A stretch of DNA of 64,000 nt, taken from the NCBI RefSeq assembly GCF_054482525.1, contig NZ_CM137006.1. One strand, given 5' to 3'. The position numbers were made by a program, and so were the translations under genes. Of the stretch, positions 1 through 11,767 are shown piece after piece. Below the pieces are notes generated by a model. That model did no database searches and was not told where the DNA came from. It saw nothing but the letters and a program-made list of their open reading frames with translations. Each line of letters begins with the position of its first letter. Positions within the stretch are counted from its first letter, which is position 1.

Positions 1-1533
1 TCCCCTCCTGACGATGTTGATTAAGCCAGTTTGCGAACTCATCACCGCTGACAAATCTCCCTTTCGCATCCGGATAATTAAGGCCGTATTTCAACTCACC
101 TGTCTGGCGATACATGATGATGTCATCGCGTTGCAGGCTCCATGCCAGACCTGCGGCAACACCGACGCTATCAGTAAGAATATAGCGGCTTGGCTGCAGT
201 GATTCTTGTGTCATCTCGACAAAAAATTGCGGATGTTTTCCTTCCATGACTCTGTCAGGAATTGAAAATCCTACCAGCAACGCCAGCCCCAGCGGGCAAA
301 GCGCGGCAAAAGACCAGGTCTTTTCGACGTTTGTTAAGGTGTACCAGCCGAAAAATGCCCATAGCGAAAAAATCGACCAGGCACAGAAGACTTTATAGCT
401 CTCGAAGGTTTGCCACACCGGCGTGTTCATTGGTCCCCAGGGGGAGACCACAAACGTAGCAATAATGCCAGTGACGCCAAAAGCGATGTTAATCCAGCCA
501 TTAATCCGCAACGCCAGAGGATTATTTTTTGCTGCCAGCAAAGCGTAATGCGCCATCAGCATTGCCAGAGGTGCAAAGCAGGAAAGAATATAGGTGGGCA
601 ATTTGCCTTTGGCGACGGAGAAAAACAGCAGCGGCATTACCGCCCAGCTCAACAAATAGACGGTTGCGGAATGCTTGCGGTTTTTCCAGCCTGCGTACAG
701 TGCTCCGGGGAGTAATCCCAGCCACGGCAGGCTACCGGCAATGATGACCGGCAAGTAGTACCAGAACGAAGCTCTATGCTGAGCATCATCCATTGCAAAG
801 CGTTGAATATGCTCAACCCAGAAAAAATAGTGCCAGAAGTCAGGCTCCCGCTGCGCTATCGCCAGTCCCCAGGGGAGAACCGTCAGTACGCAACTGATAA
901 CCGCCAGCCAGCCGTAAATAAAGAGATCTTTCCAGCGTTTTTGCGTTGCAACCCATGGAAGCACGCTTAATACCGGCACGGCAAGGGCGAGAAAACCTTT
1001 GGTCATCACCCCCATGCCGCAAGTGATTCCCAGCAGTAAAAATCCCGCGCTTTTGCCTTTCCACGTCTGTGCCTGCATTGCCAGCCAGAAGCTGCACATT
1101 CCCGCCACCAGCCAGAAGGCAATAAACGGATCGAGCACGGCATAAGTGCCGATGGCATAGACAATGAACAATGAGAGGTAAATCACTGCGGCGAGTAATG
1201 CCAGACGTTTATCGCGCCATAAGCGCAGAGTAAACCAGGTCACCAGCGCGGCAGTTAACAGGGTCGCAAAGATAACGCCTGCCCGCACACCAAAGTTATT
1301 CGCGCCAAATAACCATTGCCCAATGCTGTTAATCCAGTATCCGGCAATGGGTTTTTCAAAATAACGTAGCCCTAACAGATGGGGCACAATCCAGTCGCCG
1401 GATGCCAGCATTTCCCGACTGATTTCCGCATAACGCGTTTCATCGGGTTGCCAGAGCAGACGCGTGCTGATCGGTAACAGGTAATAGCAGGCAATAAACG
1501 CGAAGAGGCCGATAAGGTAACGTACCGATTTCA
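1..1533 (-). CDS. arnT: Undecaprenyl-phosphate L-Ara4N transferase ArnT (C-terminus cut by window edge)
   Basis: Minus-strand ATG at 1533..1531 translates [11 protein letters not shown]...; reading frame stays open to position 1; start abuts arnD stop. Confidence 0.85.
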
Positions 1534-2424
1534 TCAACGACTACCCACAATTTGTTGGCAACCCAGCCAGCCTTCACGTCCGGCAATATTTCCGCGAACA
1601 ACTTGCCCGAGCGGCAACGTCCCTGATAACAGTTCGCTTAAAGGGCAAAATGTCACGCCTTCCTGGGCTGCCCGTTTCAGGAGATCCACAAAATTATGCT
1701 GATAAGCGCAGCCTTCAACTTCTGCATGAATGGTATAAACCGGCGTGCCTTTATCTCGCAGGATGCGGTTGAGTAACCAACCGTTAAAATCTTCTGCTTT
1801 CACATCCCGACCAATCACTTCATCCCAGGTGGGTAAGGTCACCGGAATTTGCGCAGTACCGGGTTTTCCTGATTCGAGCAATGGACGAAACGGCATCGCT
1901 CCACGACAATCGCTGTTGTAGCGCAAATGGAACGCTTCTTTTGCTTCGATCACCTGCTGGTCGGCACGCCAGCCAGCGGCTGCGGAGCAAGTTACCGGTT
2001 GGCCGATAATTTCTTCCAGGGTGCGAAGGCCGCGTGCGATATCGTCGACCATTGTTTGCCGATCCCAGTTACCGCTATGGGCTTGCCAGGCATGGTGATC
2101 CCAGGCGTGCAGGCCGACTTCGTGGTGTTTAGCCGCTTCACGAATGATATCGGCATTGGCATGACCAATCTCTTTACCTGGCCAGGCCGTACCTGCCAGT
2201 AAAATATCCCAGCCATAAAGCGATGCCGCGTTTGAGCGCAGCATCTTCCACAAAAACTGTGGCTTCACCAGTCGCCAGAGATGGCGGCCCATATTGTCCG
2301 GGCCGACGCTGAAAAAAATGCTGGCCTGAATATTATGCTTACTCAAGATTTCCAGCAGACGCGGCACGCCTTCACGGGTGCCACGAAAGGTATCGACATC
2401 AATGCGTAAGCCTACTTTGGTCAT
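1534..2424 (-). CDS. arnD: 4-deoxy-4-formamido-L-arabinose-phosphoundecaprenol deformylase ArnD
   Basis: 296-aa ORF beginning [19 protein letters not shown]...; position in arn operon. Confidence 0.9.
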   Translation of the reverse strand: MTKVGLRIDVDTFRGTREGVPRLLEILSKHNIQASIFFSVGPDNMGRHLWRLVKPQFLWKMLRSNAASLYGWDILLAGTAWPGKEIGHANADIIREAAKHHEVGLHAWDHHAWQAHSGNWDRQTMVDDIARGLRTLEEIIGQPVTCSAAAGWRADQQVIEAKEAFHLRYNSDCRGAMPFRPLLESGKPGTAQIPVTLPTWDEVIGRDVKAEDFNGWLLNRILRDKGTPVYTIHAEVEGCAYQHNFVDLLKRAAQEGVTFCPLSELLSGTLPLGQVVRGNIAGREGWLGCQQIVGSR

Positions 2425-4402
2425 GATGGTTTATCCGTAAGATCAACGGTGCGCAGGAAGAAATCCAGCGTTTCGTCGATGGTTTCCTGCATATCAATTT
2501 TTGGTTCCCAGTCCAGGCAGCGGCGGGCATTGCGGATGCTCGGTTTACGATGCTCTACATCCTGATATCCTTTGCCGTAGTAGCTGCTACTTTCGACAAC
2601 ACGAAAGCCCGCAAACGGTGGGAAGTGATGGCGCAGCGGATGTTTTTCGAAGCTCGCCAGCAGCATCTCGCCCAGTTCCTCAATGCTCGCTTCGTTATCA
2701 GGATTGCCAATGTTGATAATTTCGCCGTCGCAGCGATTTCCCGCATTTTCGATAATGCGGTATAACGCCTCGATACCATCGCGAATATCAGTAAAGCAGC
2801 GTTTTTGTTTTCCGCCATCAATTAGCTTAATTGGTGAACCTTCTACCAGATTGAGAATGAGTTGCGTAATAGCGCGGGAGCTGCCGATTCGTGCTGCATT
2901 AAGGTTATCCAGTCGTGGTCCCATCCAGTTAAACGGCCGGAAGAGGGTGAACTGTAAACCCTCTTTTTCGCCATAGGCCCAGATCACCCGATCAAGTAAT
3001 TGTTTTGACACCGAATAAATCCAGCGTGGTTTATTCACCGGGCCGACGATTAAATTAGAATGGTCCTCATCGAAGTATTTATCGCTACACATCCCATAAA
3101 CTTCTGAAGTTGACGGGAAGATGATTCGCTTACGGTACTTCACGCAGTAGCGGATAATGCGCAGATTCTCTTCAAAATCGAGTTCAAATACGCGCAACGG
3201 GTTGCGGGTATATTCAATCGGCGTGGCTATCGCCACCAGCGGCAAGACGACATCACATTTTTTGACGTGATACTCAATCCATTCGGAATGAATACTGATA
3301 TCGCCTTCGACAAAGTGAAAATGCGGATGATTCAGAAAACGGCTTATCGCATCGCTGCCAATATCCAGACCGTAAACTTCATAATGATCTTCGCGCAGCA
3401 GGCGTTCTGTCAGATGGTTGCCAATAAAGCCATTCACCCCGAGGATGAGTACCCGGGTACGGCGTCGGGCGGTGCAGGCAGGCTGGCTATTCAAGCGTGA
3501 ACCTTGCACCAGGCCCAGCGTCTGCGCTAACTGCGAGCCCTGCATAGTAATGCCGTCGCCCGCCTGTCCGGTGACGATTTCCAGCGCGCCATCGCCACAG
3601 GCAATCAGCAGTGGTGCAACAGAAATCACGCTCCCCGGCTGTGCTTTGCTGGCATGAGGATGAACACGCGACGACCAGACGGTGAATTTCTGATTGCCAA
3701 CATAGCTGAAGGCACCCGGCCACGGATCGGCAACGGCACGCACCATGTTGTGCAGTACGGATGCCGGCTTATGCCATTCGAGGAAACTGTCTTCCGGTGT
3801 TCTGCGACCAAAACAGGTGGCTTCGTTTTCGCGCTGGGCGATTTCCAGAATATTACCGTGTTTAATGGCGGGTAATGTCTGCTCCAATAGCTGGCGCGCG
3901 GCATGGCACAATTTATGATGCAGCGTAATGGCGATATCGTCTGGCGCAATGGCAACGCGCAGTTGTGCCACAATGGCCCCGGCATCGGCACGTTTCACCA
4001 TTCGGTGCAATGTAACGCCAGTTTCCGTTTCACCGTTCACCAGCACCCAGTTCAGCGGCGCGCGACCACGATATTTTGGTAACAGCGAACCATGCAGATT
4101 AAATGCACCTCTCGGAGCGAGCTGCAAAATCTCATCGCAAATAAGATGGCGATAATAAAAAGAGAAAATCACCTCTGGTGATAGTTGGGCAATGCGTTCC
4201 ACCCACAGCGGATGATTAACGTTATCCGGCGCATAAACTGGAATGCCTCTTTCCGCTGCCAGTCGGGCAACCGAACCATAAAAGGCTTTTTCACCGGGGT
4301 TATCAGTATGGGTAAAAATGGCGCTAATTTCGTAACCGGCAGACAGCAGGGCTTCAATACCGAGGCATCCCATATCGTGGTAGGCAAAAACGACGGTTTT
4401 CA

Positions 4403-4403
<1 letters not shown>
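2421..4403 (-). CDS. arnA: Bifunctional UDP-glucuronate decarboxylase / UDP-Ara4N formyltransferase ArnA
   Basis: 660-aa ORF beginning [20 protein letters not shown]...; overlaps arnD by 4 nt and arnC by 1 nt. Confidence 0.92.
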
Positions 4404-5374
<971 letters not shown>

Positions 5375-6532
5375 TTATTGTCCTGCGAGTTGCTGAAGGG
5401 CTGTGATGACGCGGTCGGCATCGGCGGTGGTCATATCCGGGAACAGCGGCAACGAACAGATGCGTTCGCTATTCCATTCGGTATTCGGTAACGACAGCGT
5501 GGGAAAACGCTCGCGATAATATTTTTGTGTGTGAGCGGCGCGGAAATGTAACCCGGTACCAATGCCTCTTTCTTTTAACGCTTCCATCAACGCATCGCGA
5601 CTGATACCACAACGTTGTTCATCGACACGAATAATAAACAGATGCCAGGCGTGAACGTGCGGCCAGGCGGGAAGGCTTAATGGCTGAAAGGGGAGAGCTG
5701 CCAGTGCTTGCTGATATTGCTGGGCAATTTCGCGCCGACGGGTGTTGAGGTGCTCTAATTTGGCTAACTGGGTCAGGGCAATCGCGGCGTTAATATCGGT
5801 CAGATTATACTTATAGCCCGGCGTTAAGACTTCAGCTTGCGGTGCACGGCCCCAGGTTTGTCTGTCATAGGCATCGACACCCAGACCGTGAAATTTTAGC
5901 ATCCGTAGCTGGCGGGCAAGGTTTTCATTATCAGTAACAATCAGGCCACCTTCCGCACAGGTAATATTTTTGATGGCGTGAAACGAAAAAATAGCGGTAC
6001 CTTTTGCGCCAATATGTCGGCCTTTGTAATACGTACCGACGGCATGGGCAGCATCTTCGATAACTGCGATGCCGTAACGTTCGCCAATGGCGCGAATGGC
6101 GTCAATATCTGCTGGCGCACCGGCATAATGCACCGGAATGATGGCTTTAGTGCGTGGCGTAATGGCTGACTCGATCGCTTCAGGCGTGACCATCAGCGTA
6201 TCGCGGTCGACATCCACCATTACCGGCGTTGCACCCAACAAGGAGATCATATTGAGGGTTGAAACCCAGGTCAGGGAAGGCGTAATCACTTCATCGCCCT
6301 TGCCAATTTCCAACGCCATTAGCGTGATATGCATTCCGGCGGTGGCTGAACTGACCGCGATGGCATGCTGATTTCCCGTCAACTGGCAAAAGGCTTGTTC
6401 AAGCGCCTGATTCTTCGGACCGGTTGTGATCCAACCGGATTCGAGAACCTCTTTAACTGCAGCGAGTTCCTCCACGCCCATTGCTGGTCGCGAAAAAGGC
6501 AAAAATTCTGACATTGCTTTTCCTTCCGCCAT
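5375..6532 (-). CDS. arnB: UDP-4-amino-4-deoxy-L-arabinose aminotransferase ArnB
   Basis: ORF 5375..6547 contains [28 protein letters not shown]...; start chosen at MAEGK, upstream in-frame start at 6547 also possible. Confidence 0.85.
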
Positions 6533-6613
6533 TGAATACCTGTCCACTTATATTTGCTATAAAGAGTGTTGTGTATATTTTGCCATTTGGAGCAAAATTT
6601 TAAGGATAGAATA

Positions 6614-6629
6614 TTAACTTAACCTTAAG
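6614..6629 (-). promoter_or_regulatory. Putative PmrA/BasR box upstream of arnB (CTTAAG-N5-GTTAAT on minus strand)
   Basis: Direct-repeat hexamers with 5-nt spacer read on the arnB strand about 80-100 nt upstream of the arnB start; matches the known PmrA half-site pattern. Confidence 0.45.
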
Positions 6630-6821
6630 AAACTAATATTAGACGTAAATATTGAAATTTTTATATTTTTTCTTATTTAGGCTTTGCATTTGGCAAAATT
6701 TTGAGGCATTTTGCCGGCATCGCAGGATTTTTAATATTACACCAACTGCTAATTATCGCCAGAAATGTCGCTCAATTTCACGGTAATTGTCTGGTTGCGC
6801 TTGTCTATAGGTGGAGTTTAC

Positions 6822-7424
6822 GTGTTAGCTTTTTGCCGCTCTTCGTTGAAGTCAAAAAAATATTTCATCATTTTACTGGCGCTCGCTGCAATTGCCGGAC
6901 TGGGTACTCATGCCGCCTGGAGTAGTAATGGTTTGCCACGTATCGACAATAAAACACTGGCCAGACTGGCACAGCAGCACACGGTTGTCGTTTTGTTTCG
7001 CCATGCTGAACGTTGCGATCGTTCAACCAATCAATGCTTGTCAGATAAAACAGGTATTACGGTCAAAGGTACCCAGGATGCCCGTGAACTGGGCAACGCT
7101 TTTAGCGCTGATATCCCTGATTTCGATCTTTATTCCAGTAATACCGTCCGGACCATTCAGTCGGCGACCTGGTTTTCAGCGGGTAAAAAGCTGACGGTAG
7201 ATAAACGACTTCTTCAATGCGGTAATGAGATTTATAGTGCAATTAAGGACTTACAAAGCAAAGCACCTGATAAAAATATCGTTATTTTTACCCATAATCA
7301 TTGCCTGACATATATTGCTAAAGATAAGCGTGATGCGACATTTAAACCTGATTATCTGGATGGTTTAGTCATGCATGTGGAAAAAGGCAAAGTTTATCTG
7401 GATGGGGAATTCGTTAACCACTAA
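6822..7424 (+). CDS. ais: Lipopolysaccharide core heptose(II)-phosphate phosphatase Ais
   Basis: GTG at 6822 gives (M)[25 protein letters not shown]..., 200 codons; in frame with the longer track ORF 6765..7424. Confidence 0.85.
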   Translation: MLAFCRSSLKSKKYFIILLALAAIAGLGTHAAWSSNGLPRIDNKTLARLAQQHTVVVLFRHAERCDRSTNQCLSDKTGITVKGTQDARELGNAFSADIPDFDLYSSNTVRTIQSATWFSAGKKLTVDKRLLQCGNEIYSAIKDLQSKAPDKNIVIFTHNHCLTYIAKDKRDATFKPDYLDGLVMHVEKGKVYLDGEFVNH

Positions 7425-7433
7425 ATTTTCAAT

Positions 7434-7453
7434 CTGACAGCCAGTAATGGCTG
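7434..7453. terminator. Hairpin between convergent ais and nudI (gacagcc-agtaat-ggctgtc)
   Basis: Perfect 7-bp inverted repeat with 6-nt loop in the 38-bp gap between two convergent genes. Confidence 0.4.
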
Positions 7454-7462
7454 TCATCATTG

Positions 7463-7888
7463 TTACAGAAGACCTTTCAAACGTAACGTTTTTCGGGTGG
7501 CGACATTCAAATCATAATGCACCAGATCTTCAGGTTTTACCCACGCGTAGTCCTGAAACTCTTCGTTTATTTTCACTTCTCGGTTGGCAGAAACGCAGTC
7601 AAAAATCAGGTAAATCATATAAATCTCTTCCTTGCGACCATCTGCATACGTCTTGGTGCGAATATCATCGCTGAAGGTCCACGGCGTGATTTCTGTCAAA
7701 AGCAGCTGTTCTCCCAGTTCTTCGCGAATTTCGCGGCGTAGTGCCTCTTCAATTCGTTCGCCAGGCTCCACGCCGCCACCCGAAAGCGCCCATTGACCGG
7801 GGAAAACGCCGCGATCGTCGGCCATTTTACACAGCAAATAAGCACCATCATTTTGAATCAAAGGGCATACAATAGTCCGTTGTCGCAC
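7463..7888 (-). CDS. nudI: Nucleoside triphosphatase NudI (Nudix hydrolase)
   Basis: ORF 7463..7984 contains (V/M)[59 protein letters not shown] (Nudix box); start placed at GTG 7888 to give 141 aa. Confidence 0.8.
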   Translation of the reverse strand: MRQRTIVCPLIQNDGAYLLCKMADDRGVFPGQWALSGGGVEPGERIEEALRREIREELGEQLLLTEITPWTFSDDIRTKTYADGRKEEIYMIYLIFDCVSANREVKINEEFQDYAWVKPEDLVHYDLNVATRKTLRLKGLL

Positions 7889-8166
7889 GGGGATATTCCT
7901 TATAAATAAAAAGAAACCATGAGAATACGGTAACTCAGAAATATGTGAAAGTGACAGTAATCTCTTTTGCGATGATAACTGCACTTATTATTATTTTTGT
8001 GTGTATCGATAAAGTGTGTTTATTTTTTCGGCGTTTAATTATTTAAGAAGTATTTAGTTACAATAAGTGACTAGATCCCTTTTTTCGCTCATTGAATCCT
8101 CTGTGCCAGGCAGTACAATCCCGCAGCTTTGGGAATTTTGATTTATTGCTTGTGGGAGAGGGGAAA

Positions 8167-8709
8167 ATGAAAAAAATTGCGCTAGCAGGTCTGGCCGGAA
8201 TGCTGTTGGTTTCTGCATCGGTCAATGCAATGAGCATCAGCGGCCAGGCGGGTAAAGAATACACCAATATTGGTGTCGGTTTTGGGACTGAATCAACGGG
8301 CCTGGCGTTAAGCGGTAACTGGACACATAACGACGACGACGGTGACGTCGCGGGCGTGGGGCTGGGGTTGAATCTACCTCTCGGGCCGTTAATGGCGACC
8401 GTTGGCGGAAAAGGCGTTTACACCAACCCGAATTACGGCGATGAAGGTTATGCCGCAGCGGTAGGAGGTGGTTTGCAGTGGAAAATTGGCAACAGCTTCC
8501 GTTTGTTTGGCGAGTATTACTACTCTCCGGATTCACTCTCCAGCGGTATTCAAAGTTATGAGGAAGCGAATGCTGGCGCGCGTTACACCATTATGCGTCC
8601 AGTCAGTATTGAGGCGGGTTATCGCTACCTGAATCTGTCGGGTAAAGACGGTAACCGCGACAACGCAGTGGCTGACGGCCCGTATGTTGGGGTTAACGCC
8701 AGTTTCTGA
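8167..8709 (+). CDS. yfaZ: Outer-membrane protein YfaZ
   Basis: ATG at 8167 gives MKKIALAGLAGMLLVSASVNA (signal peptide) and a beta-barrel-like body ending ...GVNASF. Confidence 0.85.
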   Translation: MKKIALAGLAGMLLVSASVNAMSISGQAGKEYTNIGVGFGTESTGLALSGNWTHNDDDGDVAGVGLGLNLPLGPLMATVGGKGVYTNPNYGDEGYAAAVGGGLQWKIGNSFRLFGEYYYSPDSLSSGIQSYEEANAGARYTIMRPVSIEAGYRYLNLSGKDGNRDNAVADGPYVGVNASF

Positions 8710-8808
8710 TCCCTTCCGGCGCGGCATTCTGTCGCGCCATTCAGTTTCTTACTACGCCTTATCTCCCTTTGCGTTATAGTGATTCGATAACAAAAGCAGG
8801 AGATAACC

Positions 8809-10017
8809 ATGTTAAAAGTGGAAATGTTATCCACCGGGGATGAAGTGTTACACGGGCAAATCGTTGACACTAACGCTGCCTGGCTGGCCGATTTTTTCTT
8901 TCATCAGGGGTTGCCTTTAACTCGCCGCAATACGGTGGGGGATAACCTTGATGACTTAGTCACCATTCTTCGCGAACGTAGTCAGCACGCCGATGTGCTG
9001 ATCGTTAACGGCGGGCTGGGGCCGACCAGTGATGATTTAAGCGCACTCGCCGCTGCGACAGCAAAAGGTGAAGGCCTGGTGTTGCATGAAGCCTGGCTCA
9101 AAGAGATGGAACGCTATTTCCACGAACGTGGACGAGTAATGGCACCGAGCAACCGTAAACAAGCGGAGCTACCTGCCAGTGCTGAATTTATCAATAACCC
9201 GGTAGGCACCGCCTGTGGTTTTGCCGTGCAGCTTAATCGTTGCCTGATGTTCTTTACCCCCGGCGTACCGTCAGAATTTAAGGTGATGGTCGAGCACGAA
9301 ATCCTGCCGCGTCTGCGCGAGCGTTTTTCTTTACCACAGCCGCCGGTTTGTCTGCGTTTAACTACCTTTGGTCGTTCGGAAAGCGATCTGGCACAAAGCC
9401 TGGACACTCTACAACTGCCGCCGGGCGTAACAATGGGCTATCGCTCCTCAATGCCTATCATCGAACTGAAACTCACCGGACCGGCAAGCGAGCAACAGGC
9501 GATGGAAAAACTGTGGCTGGACGTTAAACGTGTTGCCGGACAGAGCGTGATTTTCGAAGGCACCGAAGGACTGCCCGCGCAGATCAGTCGCGAATTGCAA
9601 AACCGCCAGTTCAGCCTGACGTTGAGCGAGCAATTCACCAGCGGTTTATTGGCTTTGCAACTTTCTCGCGCAGGTGCTCCATTGCTGGCGTGTGAAGTGG
9701 TTCCTTCACAGGAAGAAACCCTGGCGCAAACTGCGCACTGGATTACAGAACGGCGGGCCAACCATTTTGCCGGGCTGGCACTGGCTGTTTCGGGTTTCGA
9801 GAACGAGCATCTCAACTTTGCGCTAGCCACGCCAGATGGCACTTTCGCTCTGCGTGTACGTTTCAGCACTACACGCTACAGCCTGGCTATCCGTCAGGAA
9901 GTGTGCGCAATGATGGCACTGAATATGCTGCGCCGTTGGTTAAACGGCCAGGACATTGCCAGTGAGCATGGCTGGATTGAGGTTGTTGAGTCCATGACCT
10001 TATCCAGTGCGCCGTAA
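8809..10017 (+). CDS. yfaY: CinA-like competence/damage-inducible protein YfaY
   Basis: 402-aa ORF beginning MLKVEMLSTGDEVLHGQIVDTNAAWLADFF...; stop is 3 nt before the IS left-end hairpin, so the last codons may be IS-derived. Confidence 0.85.
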   Translation: MLKVEMLSTGDEVLHGQIVDTNAAWLADFFFHQGLPLTRRNTVGDNLDDLVTILRERSQHADVLIVNGGLGPTSDDLSALAAATAKGEGLVLHEAWLKEMERYFHERGRVMAPSNRKQAELPASAEFINNPVGTACGFAVQLNRCLMFFTPGVPSEFKVMVEHEILPRLRERFSLPQPPVCLRLTTFGRSESDLAQSLDTLQLPPGVTMGYRSSMPIIELKLTGPASEQQAMEKLWLDVKRVAGQSVIFEGTEGLPAQISRELQNRQFSLTLSEQFTSGLLALQLSRAGAPLLACEVVPSQEETLAQTAHWITERRANHFAGLALAVSGFENEHLNFALATPDGTFALRVRFSTTRYSLAIRQEVCAMMALNMLRRWLNGQDIASEHGWIEVVESMTLSSAP

Positions 10018-10492
10018 AACCCCGTCCTTCAGGGCGGGGATATAAGGCGCGGTTTTCCACCTGACCAGGTGTTTGCTGTTGTTCAATGTATTGGCGGATG
10101 ACGGATATTGGCGCACCTCCGCAGCTACTGGCAAAATAGCCAGGACTCCACAAAACGCCTTTGTAGTAATACCTGACAGCAATATCTGGTCGATCTCGTC
10201 GCAGAAACCTATTCGATATGCCTTTGAGGCTGTTTACCAGACTGAATATCGCCAGTTTTGGAGGATAGTTAATTAACAAATGGACGTGATCTGGTTCGCC
10301 ATCCATTTCAATCAGTTCAGCTTCAAAATCAGCACATACATTTGAAAAGTAAGTGCGTAGTTTTTCTGTCGCGTCATGGTCAAAAATCTGGCGTCGGTAT
10401 TTGGTGACAAAGACCCGGTGAACATGCATCAGGAAAACACAATGCCTTCCACGCCGGATATCGGTTTCTTTTTTCACAGACCAAAGTATCAT
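9887..10492 (-). CDS. tnpA: IS200/IS605 Y1 (HUH) transposase TnpA, ORF extended past the element end
   Basis: Translation has the HUH motif (DHVHLLINYPPK) and catalytic-Tyr helix (VIRQYIEQQ); the ORF continues about 50 codons further, through the left-end hairpin and antisense to the yfaY 3' end. Confidence 0.75.
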   Translation of the reverse strand: MILWSVKKETDIRRGRHCVFLMHVHRVFVTKYRRQIFDHDATEKLRTYFSNVCADFEAELIEMDGEPDHVHLLINYPPKLAIFSLVNSLKGISNRFLRRDRPDIAVRYYYKGVLWSPGYFASSCGGAPISVIRQYIEQQQTPGQVENRALYPRPEGRGFTAHWIRSWTQQPQSSHAHWQCPGRLTNGAAYSVPSLRTLPDG

Positions 10493-11751
10493 TTGGCCTG
10501 TGAAACGACTACAGGCATTTAAATTCCAGTTAAGACCCGGTGGTCAACAGGAGCGTGAAATGAGGCGCTTCGCAGGCGCATGTCGTTTCGTTTTCAATCG
10601 TGCTCTGGCACGTCAGAATGAGAATCATGAGGCCGGTAATAAATACATCCCTTACGGGAAAATGGCTTCCTGGCTGGTTGAGTGGAAAAACGCCACTGAA
10701 ACGCAATGGCTTAAAGATGCCCCCTCACAGCCATTGCAACAGTCACTGAAAGACCTTGAGCGGGCTTACAAAAACTTCTTCCAGAATCGGGCTGCTTTTC
10801 CCCGATTCAAAAAGCGGGGACAGAATGATGCATTCCGCTACCCGCAGGGCGTTAAGCTCGATCAGGAAAACAGCCGTATTTTTCTGCCGAAACTTGGCTG
10901 GATGCGCTACCGGAACAGCCGTCAGGTCACGGGTGTTGTAAAAAATGTCACTGTCAGCCAGTCCTGCGGTAAGTGGTACATCAGTATTCAGACAGAAAGT
11001 GAAGTATCAACTCCGGATCACCCTTCAGCATCAATGGTCGGGCTGGATGCTGGCGTGGCTAAACTCGCCACGCTGTCAGATGGCACAGTCTTTGAGCCTG
11101 TAAACAGTTTTCAGAAAAACCAGAAGACGCTGGCGAGACTTCAGCGACAGTTAAGCCGCAAGGTCAAATTCAGCAACAACTGGCAGAAGCAGAAACGCAA
11201 AATACAGCGACTGCATTCCTGTATCGCAAATATCCGCAGGGACTACCTTCACAAAGTCACAACGACCGTCAGCAAAAACCACGCAATGATAGTCATTGAG
11301 GATTTGAAGGTCAGCAACATGTCAAAGTCAGCAGCGGGTACGGTCAGCCAGCCGGGGCGCAATGTCCGGGCAAAATCAGGTTTAAACCGTTCGATACTGG
11401 ATCAGGGCTGGTATGAAATGCGCCGCCAGCTTGAGTACAAGCAGCTCTGGCGTGGCGGTCAGGTGCTTGCTGTTCCGCCAGCGTACACAAGCCAGCGTTG
11501 CACGTGCTGTGGTCATACAGCGAAAGAAAATCGCCTGTCACAAAGTCAATTCAGATGCCAGGTATGTGGATATACAGCGAACGCCGATGTAAATGGCGCT
11601 CGTAACATTTTAGCGGCGGGGCACGCCGTTCTTGCCTGTGGAGGGATGGTGCAGTCAGGCCGCTCGTTGAAGCAGGAACCCACCGAAATGATTCAGGCGA
11701 CAGCCTGAACGTAGCAGGGATCCACGTTCTTCAGGGCGTGGAGGATGTCAA
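10001..11751 (+). mobile_element. IS200/IS605-family insertion sequence (divergent tnpA + tnpB); boundaries approximate (about +/-20 bp)
   Basis: Y1 transposase and TnpB ORFs bracketed by two similar subterminal hairpins on the same strand: ccccgtccttcagggcgggg (10020..10039) and ccacgttcttcagggcgtgg (11722..11741); rhmT homology resumes about 10 nt after the second hairpin. Confidence 0.8.
10500..11708 (+). CDS. tnpB: TnpB (IS605 OrfB family; RNA-guided RuvC-like endonuclease)
   Basis: 402-aa ORF with GTG start; RuvC-I (VGLDAGV), RuvC-II (IVIEDLKV), zinc finger CTCCGH...CQVCGY and RuvC-III (DVNGARNI) motifs all present. Confidence 0.85.
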   Translation: MKRLQAFKFQLRPGGQQEREMRRFAGACRFVFNRALARQNENHEAGNKYIPYGKMASWLVEWKNATETQWLKDAPSQPLQQSLKDLERAYKNFFQNRAAFPRFKKRGQNDAFRYPQGVKLDQENSRIFLPKLGWMRYRNSRQVTGVVKNVTVSQSCGKWYISIQTESEVSTPDHPSASMVGLDAGVAKLATLSDGTVFEPVNSFQKNQKTLARLQRQLSRKVKFSNNWQKQKRKIQRLHSCIANIRRDYLHKVTTTVSKNHAMIVIEDLKVSNMSKSAAGTVSQPGRNVRAKSGLNRSILDQGWYEMRRQLEYKQLWRGGQVLAVPPAYTSQRCTCCGHTAKENRLSQSQFRCQVCGYTANADVNGARNILAAGHAVLACGGMVQSGRSLKQEPTEMIQATA

Positions 11752-11767
11752 GTTGGCGCTGTATGTG
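11560..11767 (+). ncRNA. Predicted TnpB-associated omega/reRNA (tnpB 3' end + right-end hairpin + about 16-nt flank-derived guide)
   Basis: Placed by analogy with characterised IS200/IS605 TnpB systems; the right-end hairpin is seen in sequence, the RNA extent is inferred. Confidence 0.3.

Noticed and set aside
6765-7424. 219-aa version of ais starting at 6765
   Set aside because: The upstream extension has no signal-peptide logic; the GTG at 6822 gives the known Ais N-terminus with signal sequence.
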